From an uncultured Oligoflexia bacterium (GTDB taxonomy: Bacteria > Bdellovibrionota > UBA1018 > CAZJVD01), in the NCBI GenBank assembly GCA_964549505.1, contig CAZJVD010000005.1:64618-128617 (forward strand): a stretch of DNA of 64,000 nucleotides. The letters run 5' to 3'. Every line of letters starts with the position of its first letter. The first letter of the stretch is position 1. The notes beneath the pieces were generated by a model that saw only the letters and a list, made by a program, of their open reading frames with translations, ran no database searches and had not been told where the DNA came from. Shown piece by piece: positions 20,093 through 29,378 of this stretch. The translations under genes were made by a program, and so were the position numbers.

Positions 20093-20525
20093 GCTGATTT
20101 CCTTTTTTATGGCTGAGTAAATACGACCGACCTGTGTCGATAAACAGTTTTCGTCGAATGGCCTGGCGTCCAATCAACATTCGAAATCCCATGAGATCCC
20201 GATTCACAAGCGTGACCTCACACTCGGTTTTGAAACGACCGATTTGAATCTCGACTCTCACCACAGGACGTTCCGTCAGATGCCCGGTCGAACTACGCAC
20301 TTTGCGTCGCTCGATCAATCGTGTTTCCACTTCACACGATCCCTCGGAGCCCCCTTGTAAAGGGTGCACATCGAAACGTACCCATGTTTGACGACGTTTT
20401 TTAAAGAACCGAATATTTTCTGCGTGCAGCGCTGACGTCCGCGCGCCCGAATCCACTTTCGCTTTCACTGCGACGATTCCCCACCCCGGTATACTGACCC
20501 ACTCGCGCCACCCAATCGTCGTCAC
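20049..20525 (-). CDS. RimK-associated putative ATP-dependent zinc protease (retropepsin-like, PF05618 family)
   Basis: [35 protein letters not shown] is the hallmark of this family. It sits immediately upstream of rimK. Confidence 0.7.
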   Translation of the reverse strand: MTTIGWREWVSIPGWGIVAVKAKVDSGARTSALHAENIRFFKKRRQTWVRFDVHPLQGGSEGSCEVETRLIERRKVRSSTGHLTERPVVRVEIQIGRFKTECEVTLVNRDLMGFRMLIGRQAIRRKLFIDTGRSYLLSHKKGNQHGKASPDEDRDSFA

Positions 20526-21802
20526 GAGGCTGCGTTTCCTTGCGCTTCAGCTGGCAACTGGGTCACCCGAACACGTGTGACGCGATTACCAGAGACATCG
20601 AGAACGCGGAGTTCATAGGGACCGACCGTCACGCGATCTCCGTCACGCGGAACCTTGCCGAGACTGTTGAACAAAACGCCACCCATCGAATCACCACGTT
20701 CAGCTTTGAGTGTCCACCCGGTCTCACGATTGAAATCATGCACGAGCAAGCGACCAAGAACATCATACTCAACGTCCGACACCTTTTGAATCGACATCAA
20801 CTCGTCCTTGTCGAATTCATCTCGAATCTCGCCCACGATTTCTTCTAAAATATCCTCTTGCGTGAGCAAACCTTCCGTCACACCGTACTCATCCTTGACC
20901 ATCGCCATATGAATGAACGCGGCTTGCATTTCGCGCAAGAGTTTCAGAATCGGAATTCGGTCGGGCACACGAAGCACCGGTTTAATAATCTCTTGAATCC
21001 CCATTTCGCGATCGGGGCTGTGGTAAACGAGTTTGACGAGATCTTTGAGGTGCACAAGGCCCAAAATCTGATCGAGATTGTCTTTGTAGATTGGAACACG
21101 CGTGTAGCGTTCCTCAAGCATCTGATCGAGCAGCGCACGCGCCGAGATCTGCACCGGTTGCGCGTAAATCTCAGCTCGCGGGATCAAAATATCTTTTGCA
21201 GTCAGTTTGGACGCCTTCGCAGCCGAACCGATGATCGGAATCGGCGATGAATCCATCTTCCGTGCGCGCACTTGTCCTGCAAGTCTGAGTAGCGATTCGG
21301 TCGAACGCACGTCCTGATCTTTGACTTCGCCTGCGAGCCGATTGACGAACGGGTCAATGAATCGATCGAAGAGAAAGTGAATCCAAAACGAAAGTCGATG
21401 GATCACGTACAACGGCAGCGACACAAGGTACGCTACTCTTCTGGGATTGCGGGCACCGACAGCCTTCGGAACGACTTCGGAAACGACAATAATTAGAACC
21501 GTGACGACAGCTGTCCCGACTCCTAACCCGATCCCATCACCTAAGATCGCCATCCCGAGCGAGGCGGCCAGAGCAGCAGCCAAGGTGTTCACAATATTGC
21601 TTCCAACAAGAATCGTGACCAAGAGCTTCGATGAGGACTTGAGCAACTCACGTGCGGCGACCGCTGACGGACCAAATTTACCTTTAATATCCTGGTCGAT
21701 TTCCTCGGGAGTAAGACGCAGAAGCGCGGTTTCGGCGGCCGAAAAAAAGGCAGACAGAATCAAACAACCTAAAAGCAGGAGAAGCGTCTCCACATGCAGC
21801 AT
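20522..21802 (-). CDS. CNNM/CorC/HlyC-family transporter (DUF21-CBS pair-CorC_HlyC)
   Basis: The N-terminal DUF21 segment is LLLLGCLILSAFFSAAETALLRL. CBS-like repeats and a C-terminal transporter-associated domain follow. Confidence 0.85.
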   Translation of the reverse strand: MLHVETLLLLLGCLILSAFFSAAETALLRLTPEEIDQDIKGKFGPSAVAARELLKSSSKLLVTILVGSNIVNTLAAALAASLGMAILGDGIGLGVGTAVVTVLIIVVSEVVPKAVGARNPRRVAYLVSLPLYVIHRLSFWIHFLFDRFIDPFVNRLAGEVKDQDVRSTESLLRLAGQVRARKMDSSPIPIIGSAAKASKLTAKDILIPRAEIYAQPVQISARALLDQMLEERYTRVPIYKDNLDQILGLVHLKDLVKLVYHSPDREMGIQEIIKPVLRVPDRIPILKLLREMQAAFIHMAMVKDEYGVTEGLLTQEDILEEIVGEIRDEFDKDELMSIQKVSDVEYDVLGRLLVHDFNRETGWTLKAERGDSMGGVLFNSLGKVPRDGDRVTVGPYELRVLDVSGNRVTRVRVTQLPAEAQGNAAS

Positions 21803-21943
21803 TCTTATAATCTACAACCTAAGAGCGCTCACGCGATGCACAATCTTCTGTCAGAGTTTTGACATCTCCCTTTTTTCCCTCTAAAACTAGTTCATCAAGG
21901 AAGAGAGCCCATGGATGTAGAAGAAGGGCTCATTGGGGGGAAG

Positions 21944-23914
21944 ATGATTCGTTACTGTTTCCGATTGCGGAATTTACGTTCCATTGCGGTTGTGTTCCTA
22001 TCGTTAGGTATTCTTGCGGCGTGTGATCCTGTTCCAGGACGAACGCTCAATTCGGACGAGAAAGAGGCCGACATGCGCGCCATCTTTACGTGGTTCGAAG
22101 AGTACTACACACCACTCGCGTACAAACAACAGCGCTTTAACTTCGACTACGAGACTCTCAAGACCGAAGCACTCGCGAAAGCGCGTGCCACCGAAGACAA
22201 CGAAGCGTTCTATCGTGTGGTTCACGAGTTCGTTGCGAACTTTCAAGACGCTCACACGTCTGCTGCGCTAACTAATGCGAAGTTACCGGGTCGTGTGGAG
22301 ATTGCGTTCTTGGGGTTCTCGGGACGGCGCGCTGGTCACGCATTGCTCGTCAACGACATCATGCCGTTGATGAATCCGGAACAGTCGTCCTACCCGATTG
22401 AAGTCGGGGATCTCATCACAGCGATCGACGGTGTGGCACTTCCTCGTTTCGTTCTCGAGAATCTAACAAAGTCACGCAATCTAGGGAATCCTGAGTCCAA
22501 TATCACGGCACTCATGAATCGGACGTTCAACCGATCCACGTTGCATGGAAACATGCCGACTTCGGACACGGTGACGCTGACACTCGAAAGAGAGGGCGTG
22601 ACAAAAACCGTACGCATGCCGTGGATCCGCAGAGATCTTTTTGAACTCAGCAAGGACTTAGCCGTCGATGCGGCTGCAAAAGAAGCGGCTGGTAAGAAAA
22701 AGAAGAAAAAAGAAAAGACATCGAATGCCTTGTCGATTCGCACTCCTCAAGGACCGGTGACCCTCACGCTCGAAGGCTTACAGGGCCGACCATTCCAACT
22801 CGATCAGATCAAACAGCAACTCGAAAGCACGTCCGGAGAGCCACGTTTCTCGCGCTTTTATAAGTCCTTTCAGATCGCTAACGAGTTCACCGGCTGGAAG
22901 GTGCTTAAAGCCGGCGCACAACAGCCCACAGAATGGGAAACGTTCGAAAAGGAGCGTGTCGTACCAGAATTTGCGATTCGATCACCGAAGTCGGAGATCT
23001 TTCCGGCTTATGTAATCAACAACCCGGGACGTCCCGTCGGCGTCGTGCGTATCAGCACGTTTTCGACAGGCGAAACCACCGAGAAGTGTATCGCGGAGAT
23101 ACAAGAGACGTTGCGTTTCTTTCAGCACCACGGCGTCGGCGACATCGTGATCGACATGATTGACAACGGCGGTGGATCACTCGATCTCGTTCTGAAACTC
23201 GCTCAAGCGTTCTCACGTGAGCGCCTTGAGTTTCCCGGTGTGCAATTCGGTCTGAACGAAAACTGGATGAGCGATATGCATTCGGCTGCGGTCTCGAGCC
23301 CCAGTCATCTTGACCGAGAACACTTCCGCAGAGTGTACGCGGACCTCCTCGCACAGCGAAATGCTGGAGCTCGGGTCTCGAAAACTTACGACATCGTCGA
23401 TATGCTGATGCCGTTTGAAGTGGAAGGGAATGCGTCGGTAACCCGGAGGTTCAACATCGCCCTCTTGCAAGACGAGATGTGCGCCTCGGCCGCCGATATT
23501 TTCTCGTACATGCTCAAACGCAATACCGAGATCGGCAAGATGAACGCCACACTCATTGGACAACAAACCATGGGGGCCGGCGGAAACGTCGTCAAACACT
23601 GGCAGACACCCAATGCTCATATCGATCTGCACCAAACCGAGTCGCTTTTCGTGAAGGCAGACGGCACTTATCTCGAAAACAATGGGATTGAAGCCGATAT
23701 CACCACGCCCGTGAGTCTTCATGCGCAAACTCAGTATCGTTCGCTGTACACCATGGCGCTCGAGACGCTCTTGCAACAGAAGACTGCAAAGCGCTTTCGC
23801 CAGATCGATCCTGATGCGGTCAAGCGGGGCGATCCTTTGACGGAACCGAAAACAGCTCTGTCCAAGAAGTGTGACAGGCTTTTATCGGCCCCTCGACGCC
23901 CCAAAGCCGCGTAA
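21944..23914 (+). CDS. S41-family (C-terminal processing / tail-specific protease-like) peptidase, lipoprotein
   Basis: GVVRISTFSTGETTEKCIAEIQETLRFFQHHGVGDIVIDMIDNGGGS is the S41 catalytic core. The signal peptide plus lipobox is LSLGILAAC. Start taken at MIRYCF. Confidence 0.7.
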   Translation: MIRYCFRLRNLRSIAVVFLSLGILAACDPVPGRTLNSDEKEADMRAIFTWFEEYYTPLAYKQQRFNFDYETLKTEALAKARATEDNEAFYRVVHEFVANFQDAHTSAALTNAKLPGRVEIAFLGFSGRRAGHALLVNDIMPLMNPEQSSYPIEVGDLITAIDGVALPRFVLENLTKSRNLGNPESNITALMNRTFNRSTLHGNMPTSDTVTLTLEREGVTKTVRMPWIRRDLFELSKDLAVDAAAKEAAGKKKKKKEKTSNALSIRTPQGPVTLTLEGLQGRPFQLDQIKQQLESTSGEPRFSRFYKSFQIANEFTGWKVLKAGAQQPTEWETFEKERVVPEFAIRSPKSEIFPAYVINNPGRPVGVVRISTFSTGETTEKCIAEIQETLRFFQHHGVGDIVIDMIDNGGGSLDLVLKLAQAFSRERLEFPGVQFGLNENWMSDMHSAAVSSPSHLDREHFRRVYADLLAQRNAGARVSKTYDIVDMLMPFEVEGNASVTRRFNIALLQDEMCASAADIFSYMLKRNTEIGKMNATLIGQQTMGAGGNVVKHWQTPNAHIDLHQTESLFVKADGTYLENNGIEADITTPVSLHAQTQYRSLYTMALETLLQQKTAKRFRQIDPDAVKRGDPLTEPKTALSKKCDRLLSAPRRPKAA

Positions 23915-23991
23915 AAGCTTCGTTGCAAAGCTTTTAGGAAAATGCCAAAACTGGGGTCAAATAAAACATTTGACCCCAGGAGGTTCTTTTC
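23913..23991 (+). terminator. two tandem stem-loops between the S41 peptidase gene and ahpC; the second sequesters the ahpC Shine-Dalgarno
   Basis: aaaagctt-cgttgca-aagctttt (23913-23935) is an 8-bp stem. ctggggtcaaa-taaaaca-tttgaccccag (23951-23979) is a perfect 11-bp stem followed by gaggttcttttc and the ATG. The SD (AGGAGG, 23977-23982) overlaps the 3' arm. Confidence 0.4.
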
Positions 23992-24576
23992 ATGAGCGTA
24001 CTCACCGGACGACAAGCCCCAGGCTTCAAGGCAGATGCGGTCTTTGGATCGGAATTCAAGACGGTTCAGCTCTCCGACTACCAGGGCAAAAAGTACGTCG
24101 TACTCTTTTTCTACCCCTTGGATTTTACGTTCGTGTGTCCAACCGAACTTCACGCATTCCAAGAAAAGCTCGCGCAATTCAAAGAGCGCGGCTGCGAAGT
24201 TCTAGGTTGCTCCGTCGACAGCAAGTTTTCCCACGCCGCTTGGTTGAACACGCCCAAGAATAAGGGCGGCATCCAAGGCGTCACGTATGGATTGATTTCG
24301 GACCTCGGCGGTCGTATTGCTCGCGACTTTGACGTTCTCGCCGATGGTGGTGTCGCGTACCGAGGACTTTTCTTGATCGACCGCGATGGTATTGTTCGTC
24401 ACCAAGTCGTGAACGATCTCCCGCTTGGTCGCAACGTCGACGAAGCGCTTCGCATGGTGGATGCTCTTCAACATTTTGAGAAGAACGGCGAAGTCTGCCC
24501 GGCTAACTGGTCCAAAGGTAAGGACGCCATGAAAGCGACTGGCGAGGGTGTTTCGAACTATCTTTCGAAGCACTGA
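23992..24576 (+). CDS. ahpC: typical 2-Cys peroxiredoxin (AhpC/Prx1 family)
   Basis: FTFVCPTEL (peroxidatic Cys) and a C-terminal EVCPANW (resolving Cys). Length 194 aa. Confidence 0.9.
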   Translation: MSVLTGRQAPGFKADAVFGSEFKTVQLSDYQGKKYVVLFFYPLDFTFVCPTELHAFQEKLAQFKERGCEVLGCSVDSKFSHAAWLNTPKNKGGIQGVTYGLISDLGGRIARDFDVLADGGVAYRGLFLIDRDGIVRHQVVNDLPLGRNVDEALRMVDALQHFEKNGEVCPANWSKGKDAMKATGEGVSNYLSKH

Positions 24577-24651
24577 GCGTAACCAGTCACGGGCGGTGCG
24601 GAAGCATCGCTAAGACATGAGGCCGAGCCCGGTAGTACGGCTGAGCAAGCG

Positions 24652-24707
24652 GGATCATGGGGATTATGGGGATTACGGGAATCACGGGAATCACGAGGAT
24701 CTCAGCC
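24652..24707. repeat. 9-bp tandem repeat x5-6 (ggggattat/gggaatcac) in non-coding DNA
   Basis: Seen directly: atggggattatggggattacgggaatcacgggaatcacgaggatc. Confidence 0.7.
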
Positions 24708-24732
24708 AGGCATTAGGTTTGACGCAGGTTCG

Positions 24733-24865
24733 CTTGTTCCGGAACAAGCGCATTGCGTTATCATTGTTACACTGCGACGCCGTTGCTGGTCACCCACTGC
24801 GTTTGTGGCGGCGGAAGCAGTGGCTCTTATGGTGACTTCACTAGCGGTACTTGTGCCGGCACAAG
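24733..24865. repeat. REP-like palindromic repeat locus A: CTTGTTCCGGAACAAG (24733-24748) and CTTGTGCCGGCACAAG (24850-24865)
   Basis: Perfect 16-bp palindromes of the same family as the locus at 53881-53962. Shared flanking motifs include atcattgtta, ggtcacc and tcactgcg. Confidence 0.7.
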
Positions 24866-24915
24866 CGAACCTGCGTTATTTTAGCCAACACAGTTTATTG
24901 GTCGCAACCTGACGC

Positions 24916-25464
24916 TCAGCAACGTCCTTGTACAACCGCGGCTTTCAAGCTGTCGACGTGCGATAGCCAGCGGGCGATGACGTCTTCAGCGAAACCCGTT
25001 TCACGCAAAGTCTCGACAAGAATGACGCGACGGCGGTCAAAGTGTCCCGGTTTGATCTTGAAGGGCGCGTGCACACGCTGCATTTCGCGATGCACGTCCG
25101 AACTGTGCGCATCCGATCTGCGCACGTCCGGTCTGCCCACATCCGGTCTGCGCGCAACTCCGGCATCCGCTCTATCCGCGACCGGCTGAGCCGCTGGACC
25201 CGACGACGGCGGGACCTGCCCCTGGTCGGACAATGCATCCGCGGACGCCTTCACAATGGATGCATTCACGATGGATACATTCTCAATGGACGCATTCACA
25301 CTCGCCGCATTCAAAGTGGACGCATTCAAGAACGTGATCGTCATTTCGGTCTCGCGCTCAACGAGTCGCGCGAGGTCGGACTTCGCGAAGTAAAAACCGA
25401 TCATCGTGTCGGCTCGGACTTTCTCATAGAACTTCGTCAGCGCGGCATGAACGCGATCACGCAT
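24916..25464 (-). CDS. truncated (2/2) haemoglobin interrupted by an in-frame ~90-aa low-complexity insertion encoded by two 15-bp minisatellites
   Basis: The N-terminal TKFYEKVRADTMIGFYFAKSDLARL and the C-terminal MQRVHAPFKIKPGHFDRRRVILVETLRETGFAEDVIARWLSHVDSLKAAV match trHb conservation (B/E-helix FY, F-helix His, FD). The middle region NASTLNAASVNASIENVSIVNASIVKAS...RRPDVGRPDVRRSDAH is repeat-encoded. Start taken at the ATG at 25464. Confidence 0.55.
   Translation of the reverse strand: MRDRVHAALTKFYEKVRADTMIGFYFAKSDLARLVERETEMTITFLNASTLNAASVNASIENVSIVNASIVKASADALSDQGQVPPSSGPAAQPVADRADAGVARRPDVGRPDVRRSDAHSSDVHREMQRVHAPFKIKPGHFDRRRVILVETLRETGFAEDVIARWLSHVDSLKAAVVQGRC
25105..25172. repeat. 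15-bp minisatellite x4 inside the trHb gene (gcgcatccgatctgc / gcacgtccggtctgc / ccacatccggtctgc...)
   Basis: Seen directly. It encodes the RRPDVG/RPDVR/RSDAH repeats. Confidence 0.7.
25252..25330. repeat. 15-bp minisatellite x5 inside the trHb gene (caatggatgcattca-like)
   Basis: Seen directly. It encodes NASIV-type pentapeptide repeats that contain N-x-S sequons. Confidence 0.7.
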
Positions 25465-25493
25465 ACGGACCGCCCCCTCCCCCGCAAACGCGG

Positions 25494-26153
25494 TCACGCA
25501 TAGGGATTGGTCCCTGCCGCATGATCGGTAACATCCACAACGTCTGTGATCTCTGGAAACTTGCGTGTGAGTGCGACGCGAATTCCGTCGCGCAAGGTCT
25601 GCGCCGCCATTCCGCATCCCTGACAACCACCCGCCATCTCAACGTACGCTCGCGGTAGTTCGACTTTCGTCAGTTTTGCTCGCCCGCCGTGCGACGCAAG
25701 GGACGGATTGATCTCGGTATCGATCAAACGCTCGATCGCCGAAAACAATTCGCTTCCCTTCGCAGACGCTCCGTCCGTGTTACCCGGTCCACCGGCCGAC
25801 ACGACCGCCTGGCCAAAGTCCGACGGCCACACCATACCTTCTGCAAACGTGGCCCGAATTGCGTCACCGACCTGTCGTCCAATCTGCGGCCAGGGTTGCT
25901 CCATGGACTCAGCGGTACGCGACACGATCAAACGGTGCGACTCTATAAAAACAGACTCGACCGCACTCACCCCAAAGATTCTTCGTAACAACGGCGTGTC
26001 ACTTCGATCCCATCGTACGGACTCGTTGCGATGAACTGCAAGCTTACCCGGGAAAACAACCCGGTCGATATTGAACTCGCAAACCCGCGGATCTGGCAAA
26101 GGTTTACCGAAAATTTTTACTGGAGATTCAGGCGTGGGTGTCGCGATCGCCAT
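25494..26153 (-). CDS. Nfu-type Fe-S cluster carrier (Nfu_N scaffold domain plus NifU-like C-terminal CxxC domain)
   Basis: A C-terminal GGCQGCGMA motif sits in a NifU-like domain. A ~90-aa Nfu_N-like domain lies N-terminal to it. Located in the Fe-S operon. Confidence 0.7.
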   Translation of the reverse strand: MAIATPTPESPVKIFGKPLPDPRVCEFNIDRVVFPGKLAVHRNESVRWDRSDTPLLRRIFGVSAVESVFIESHRLIVSRTAESMEQPWPQIGRQVGDAIRATFAEGMVWPSDFGQAVVSAGGPGNTDGASAKGSELFSAIERLIDTEINPSLASHGGRAKLTKVELPRAYVEMAGGCQGCGMAAQTLRDGIRVALTRKFPEITDVVDVTDHAAGTNPYA

Positions 26154-26162
26154 TCATCCGCC

Positions 26163-27338
26163 TCAAACCGTGAACTCCGCCGTCGATTCTTTGCGATCGA
26201 CAAGACATTTGGTGCACTCACAATGTTTACGGAGTTTGTCGTACGGATAGATACCCGTACGATGACCATCCGAAAATTCGAAACCAAAAGCGTAGCGTCC
26301 GATCGGTTGATATCCTTTGATTGCGGTATTCGTCGGAATTTTTGTCGGATCGAGGGTTCGCTTGCCGGTGTTCTCATCGATGCAGCTCGCGCAACCGCAC
26401 TGCACCCGAAGACGGTAACCGTGATGTTCCGACTTGTGTCCATCCGGCCACGTGATCGAAAACTTTCCCGTAGGATCGAGCGCCGCTTGCAAGGGTTGAT
26501 CGGCGTCCAAAGCTCCTGAGTAAGCATCCAAAGTTTTCAAAAGTTCGCGCGCAATGGCAACGAAAGCTTGCCCCGAAACCGTCTTCTCACCGCCAGAACG
26601 TTCCAGCGCCGGTTCCCCTCGATCGCTGTCGTCGACAAGCGTCGGGTCCAGCGGCACACGCCCCAGAAACGGAATATGTTGTGCGGATGCGAGCTTTTCC
26701 GTACCCGTTTTCTTAAAAATATCCGTTTCCTTGCCACAATGACCGCAAACAAACCCGCTCATATTCTCGACCAAGCCCAGAATCGGAACACGGACCTGTT
26801 GAAACATACGAATGCCCTTTTGAGCGATCTCAAGCGCCAGCTTTTGAGGCGTTGAAACAATCACGGCACCCGTAAGCTTCGCACTCTGCGCGAGCGTCAG
26901 CTGTACGTCCCCCGTTCCCGGAGGCAGATCCAGAATCAAAACATCGAGTTCTCCCCAGAGTACGCCATCCAAAAACTGGTGAATCACTTTCATCGCCATC
27001 GGTGCACGCCACACGACCGGACCATCGCGTGGAATCAACGCTCCCATCGAGACCATTTTTATTCCGAAATGTTCGACGGGTGTAATCTCACCTTTTTCGT
27101 TCTGACGAGGTCCTTCGCCCCAACCCAGCAACGATGTCTGACTCGGGCCATAGATGTCGGCGTCGAGCATTCCTACTTTGAGCCCTTCGCGCTTGAGCGC
27201 AATCGCGAGATTGGCAGCAACCGTCGACTTACCTACGCCGCCCTTACCGCTTCCGACGGCTATCAAATGCTTGACCCACGCTGTGCCTGGAGGCGGTGTC
27301 ACGGTCGTCGCATCGTCTTTGTTTTTCCAGAATGCCAT
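26163..27338 (-). CDS. apbC: Mrp/ApbC/NBP35 P-loop ATPase (Fe-S cluster carrier) with a C-terminal DUF971-like Cys-rich domain
   Basis: Deviant Walker A GKGGVGKSTVAANLAIAL and N-terminal FWKNKDD-type features. The C-terminus is CGCASCIDE...CECTKC. Confidence 0.85.
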   Translation of the reverse strand: MAFWKNKDDATTVTPPPGTAWVKHLIAVGSGKGGVGKSTVAANLAIALKREGLKVGMLDADIYGPSQTSLLGWGEGPRQNEKGEITPVEHFGIKMVSMGALIPRDGPVVWRAPMAMKVIHQFLDGVLWGELDVLILDLPPGTGDVQLTLAQSAKLTGAVIVSTPQKLALEIAQKGIRMFQQVRVPILGLVENMSGFVCGHCGKETDIFKKTGTEKLASAQHIPFLGRVPLDPTLVDDSDRGEPALERSGGEKTVSGQAFVAIARELLKTLDAYSGALDADQPLQAALDPTGKFSITWPDGHKSEHHGYRLRVQCGCASCIDENTGKRTLDPTKIPTNTAIKGYQPIGRYAFGFEFSDGHRTGIYPYDKLRKHCECTKCLVDRKESTAEFTV

Positions 27339-27522
27339 CTCTATTCTCCTGTTACCTTTACGTCGCTCAAGTATATCGCTCTGTACATCGTCCTACCTAT
27401 TCATCGGCCTACTCATTGGCTCACTCATCGGCCCACAGCCCGGCCGGAAAATCGGCTTGTGACTTGGCCCACGGCCGGACCCGGAAAGCAGCCCACGACT
27501 CGGCCTGCAATCGTAACGACGC

Positions 27523-27933
27523 TTACGTCGAAAAACTCGAACCACAACCGCATGTACGTTTCGCATTTGGATTTGAAAACTCAAAACCACGTCCATCCAA
27601 ACCGTCCGAAAAATCTAAGACCGTACCTTTTAAAAACAGCAGCGACTTCTTATCAACTACAACCTGCACGCCGTCCTTTTCAAATACCTGGTCATCGGCA
27701 TGGGGGGCAGCGAGGACACCGACCTCCGCTGTCTCTCCCGAAGCTGTCATCTGAGAGCCGTGGTGAGAACCCAGATGAGTACTGACACTCTCAAATCCGA
27801 GCTTGTAACTCATCCCGGAACAACCACCACCAATCACACGCACGCGCAAAATAGCGTTCTCTGGACTGGGCTCTTTTGTTTTTAAAATCTTGATCTGCGC
27901 GACTGCGCGATCCGTTAGTTCAAACGTCGTCAT
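27523..27933 (-). CDS. A-type Fe-S carrier (IscA/SufA/ErpA, HesB family)
   Basis: [14 protein letters not shown] and C-terminal CGCGSSF. Overlaps the sufB stop by 4 bp. Confidence 0.85.
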   Translation of the reverse strand: MTTFELTDRAVAQIKILKTKEPSPENAILRVRVIGGGCSGMSYKLGFESVSTHLGSHHGSQMTASGETAEVGVLAAPHADDQVFEKDGVQVVVDKKSLLFLKGTVLDFSDGLDGRGFEFSNPNAKRTCGCGSSFST

Positions 27934-29378
27934 CCGACACTCCCTTCCAACTTGAGATCGAGCAGACGGGTTGCCTCGATCGCAAATTCCATTGGTAACG
28001 TCTTAAAAACCTCTTCGCAGTAACCGTTGATAATGAGTTTCCGCGCTTCGTCCTCATCAAGACCGCGGCTCATGAGATAAAACAGCTGTTCTTCCGAAAC
28101 ACGCGAGGCCGTCGCTTCGTGTTCGATCACGGCCGTCGAGTTACGAACATCGATCAAAGGAAAGGTGTTGGCTACACAGGTTGGACCAATCAGAAGCGAG
28201 TCGCATTGCGTGAAGTTTCGCGCTCCGGTTGCGCGCGGACTCACTTGAACAGCACCGCGATAGGTTTGCACACCGTGCCCCGACGAAATCCCTTTCGAAA
28301 TGATCCGACTCCGCGTGTTCTTTCCGAGATGAATCATCTTCGTACCCGTATCCGCTTGCATCCTATGATTGGTGATCGCGACGCTGTAAAACTCGCCAAC
28401 CGAACCATCACCTTCGAGAACACAGCTCGGGTACTTCCATGTGATCGCAGAGCCCGTTTCGACTTGCGTCCACGAAATCTTCGAGCGTTCTCCTAAGCAA
28501 CGACCGCGCTTGGTGACAAAATTATAGATTCCGCCCTTACCTTTTTCGTCGCCCGAGTACCAGTTTTGAACCGTGGTGTACTTGATGGTCGCATCGTCGA
28601 GCGCAACCAGTTCAACGACAGCCGCATGCAATTGGTTTTCATCACGCATTGGCGCCGTGCAACCCTCGAGGTAACTCACCACAGAGCGTTCATCAGCAAT
28701 GATCAATGTCCGCTCAAACTGTCCTGTTTCGGAAGCATTGATGCGAAAATATGTCGAAAGGTCCATCGGACAAGCGACGCCTTTCGGAATGTAAACAAAC
28801 GATCCGTCGCTGAAGACAGCAGAGTTCAATGCCGCAAAATAATTGTCACCAATCGGCACCACGGACCCCAGATATTTACGAACGAGCTCCGGACATTCTT
28901 GCATCGCTTCGGATATGGAACAGAAAATCACACCCTTTTTTCGAAGCTCTTCTCGATGGGTGGTGACCACCGAAACACTGTCGAAAACAGCGTCAATAGC
29001 TACGCCTGCTAGGCGTTTCTGTTCGTGAAGTGGGATTCCAAGCTTGGCGTACGTTTCCAAAAGTTTTGGATCGACTTCATCCAAACTCTTGGCTTTCTCT
29101 TTCACACGAGGCGCCGAAAAATAGGTGATCGCCTGATAGTCAATCGGCGGATAGTGAACACGTGCCCAGGAAGGCTCGGTCATGGCCTGAAACTTCTTGA
29201 ACGCTTTCAGCCGAAACTCGAGCATCCAATCGGGTTCTGATTTTTTTGCTGAGATCGCCCGCACCGTGGCTTCCGTCAAACCAGCAGGAATCCGATCTTC
29301 TTCGATATCAGTGACAAAACCATATCTTGAATAATCGCGCGCGATATCGGGTTTCGCGGGCACCGTTTCGGTTCTCAT
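27930..29378 (-). CDS. sufB: Fe-S cluster assembly protein SufB
   Basis: 482 aa. Conserved SufB C-terminal block [57 protein letters not shown]. Confidence 0.9.
   Translation of the reverse strand: MRTETVPAKPDIARDYSRYGFVTDIEEDRIPAGLTEATVRAISAKKSEPDWMLEFRLKAFKKFQAMTEPSWARVHYPPIDYQAITYFSAPRVKEKAKSLDEVDPKLLETYAKLGIPLHEQKRLAGVAIDAVFDSVSVVTTHREELRKKGVIFCSISEAMQECPELVRKYLGSVVPIGDNYFAALNSAVFSDGSFVYIPKGVACPMDLSTYFRINASETGQFERTLIIADERSVVSYLEGCTAPMRDENQLHAAVVELVALDDATIKYTTVQNWYSGDEKGKGGIYNFVTKRGRCLGERSKISWTQVETGSAITWKYPSCVLEGDGSVGEFYSVAITNHRMQADTGTKMIHLGKNTRSRIISKGISSGHGVQTYRGAVQVSPRATGARNFTQCDSLLIGPTCVANTFPLIDVRNSTAVIEHEATASRVSEEQLFYLMSRGLDEDEARKLIINGYCEEVFKTLPMEFAIEATRLLDLKLEGSVG

Noticed and set aside
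24617-24835. 72-aa ORF (..DHGDYGDYGNHGNHED..) in the ahpC downstream spacer
   Set aside because: It is the translation of the 9-bp tandem repeat and the REP-like palindromes. It has no RBS and no known domain.
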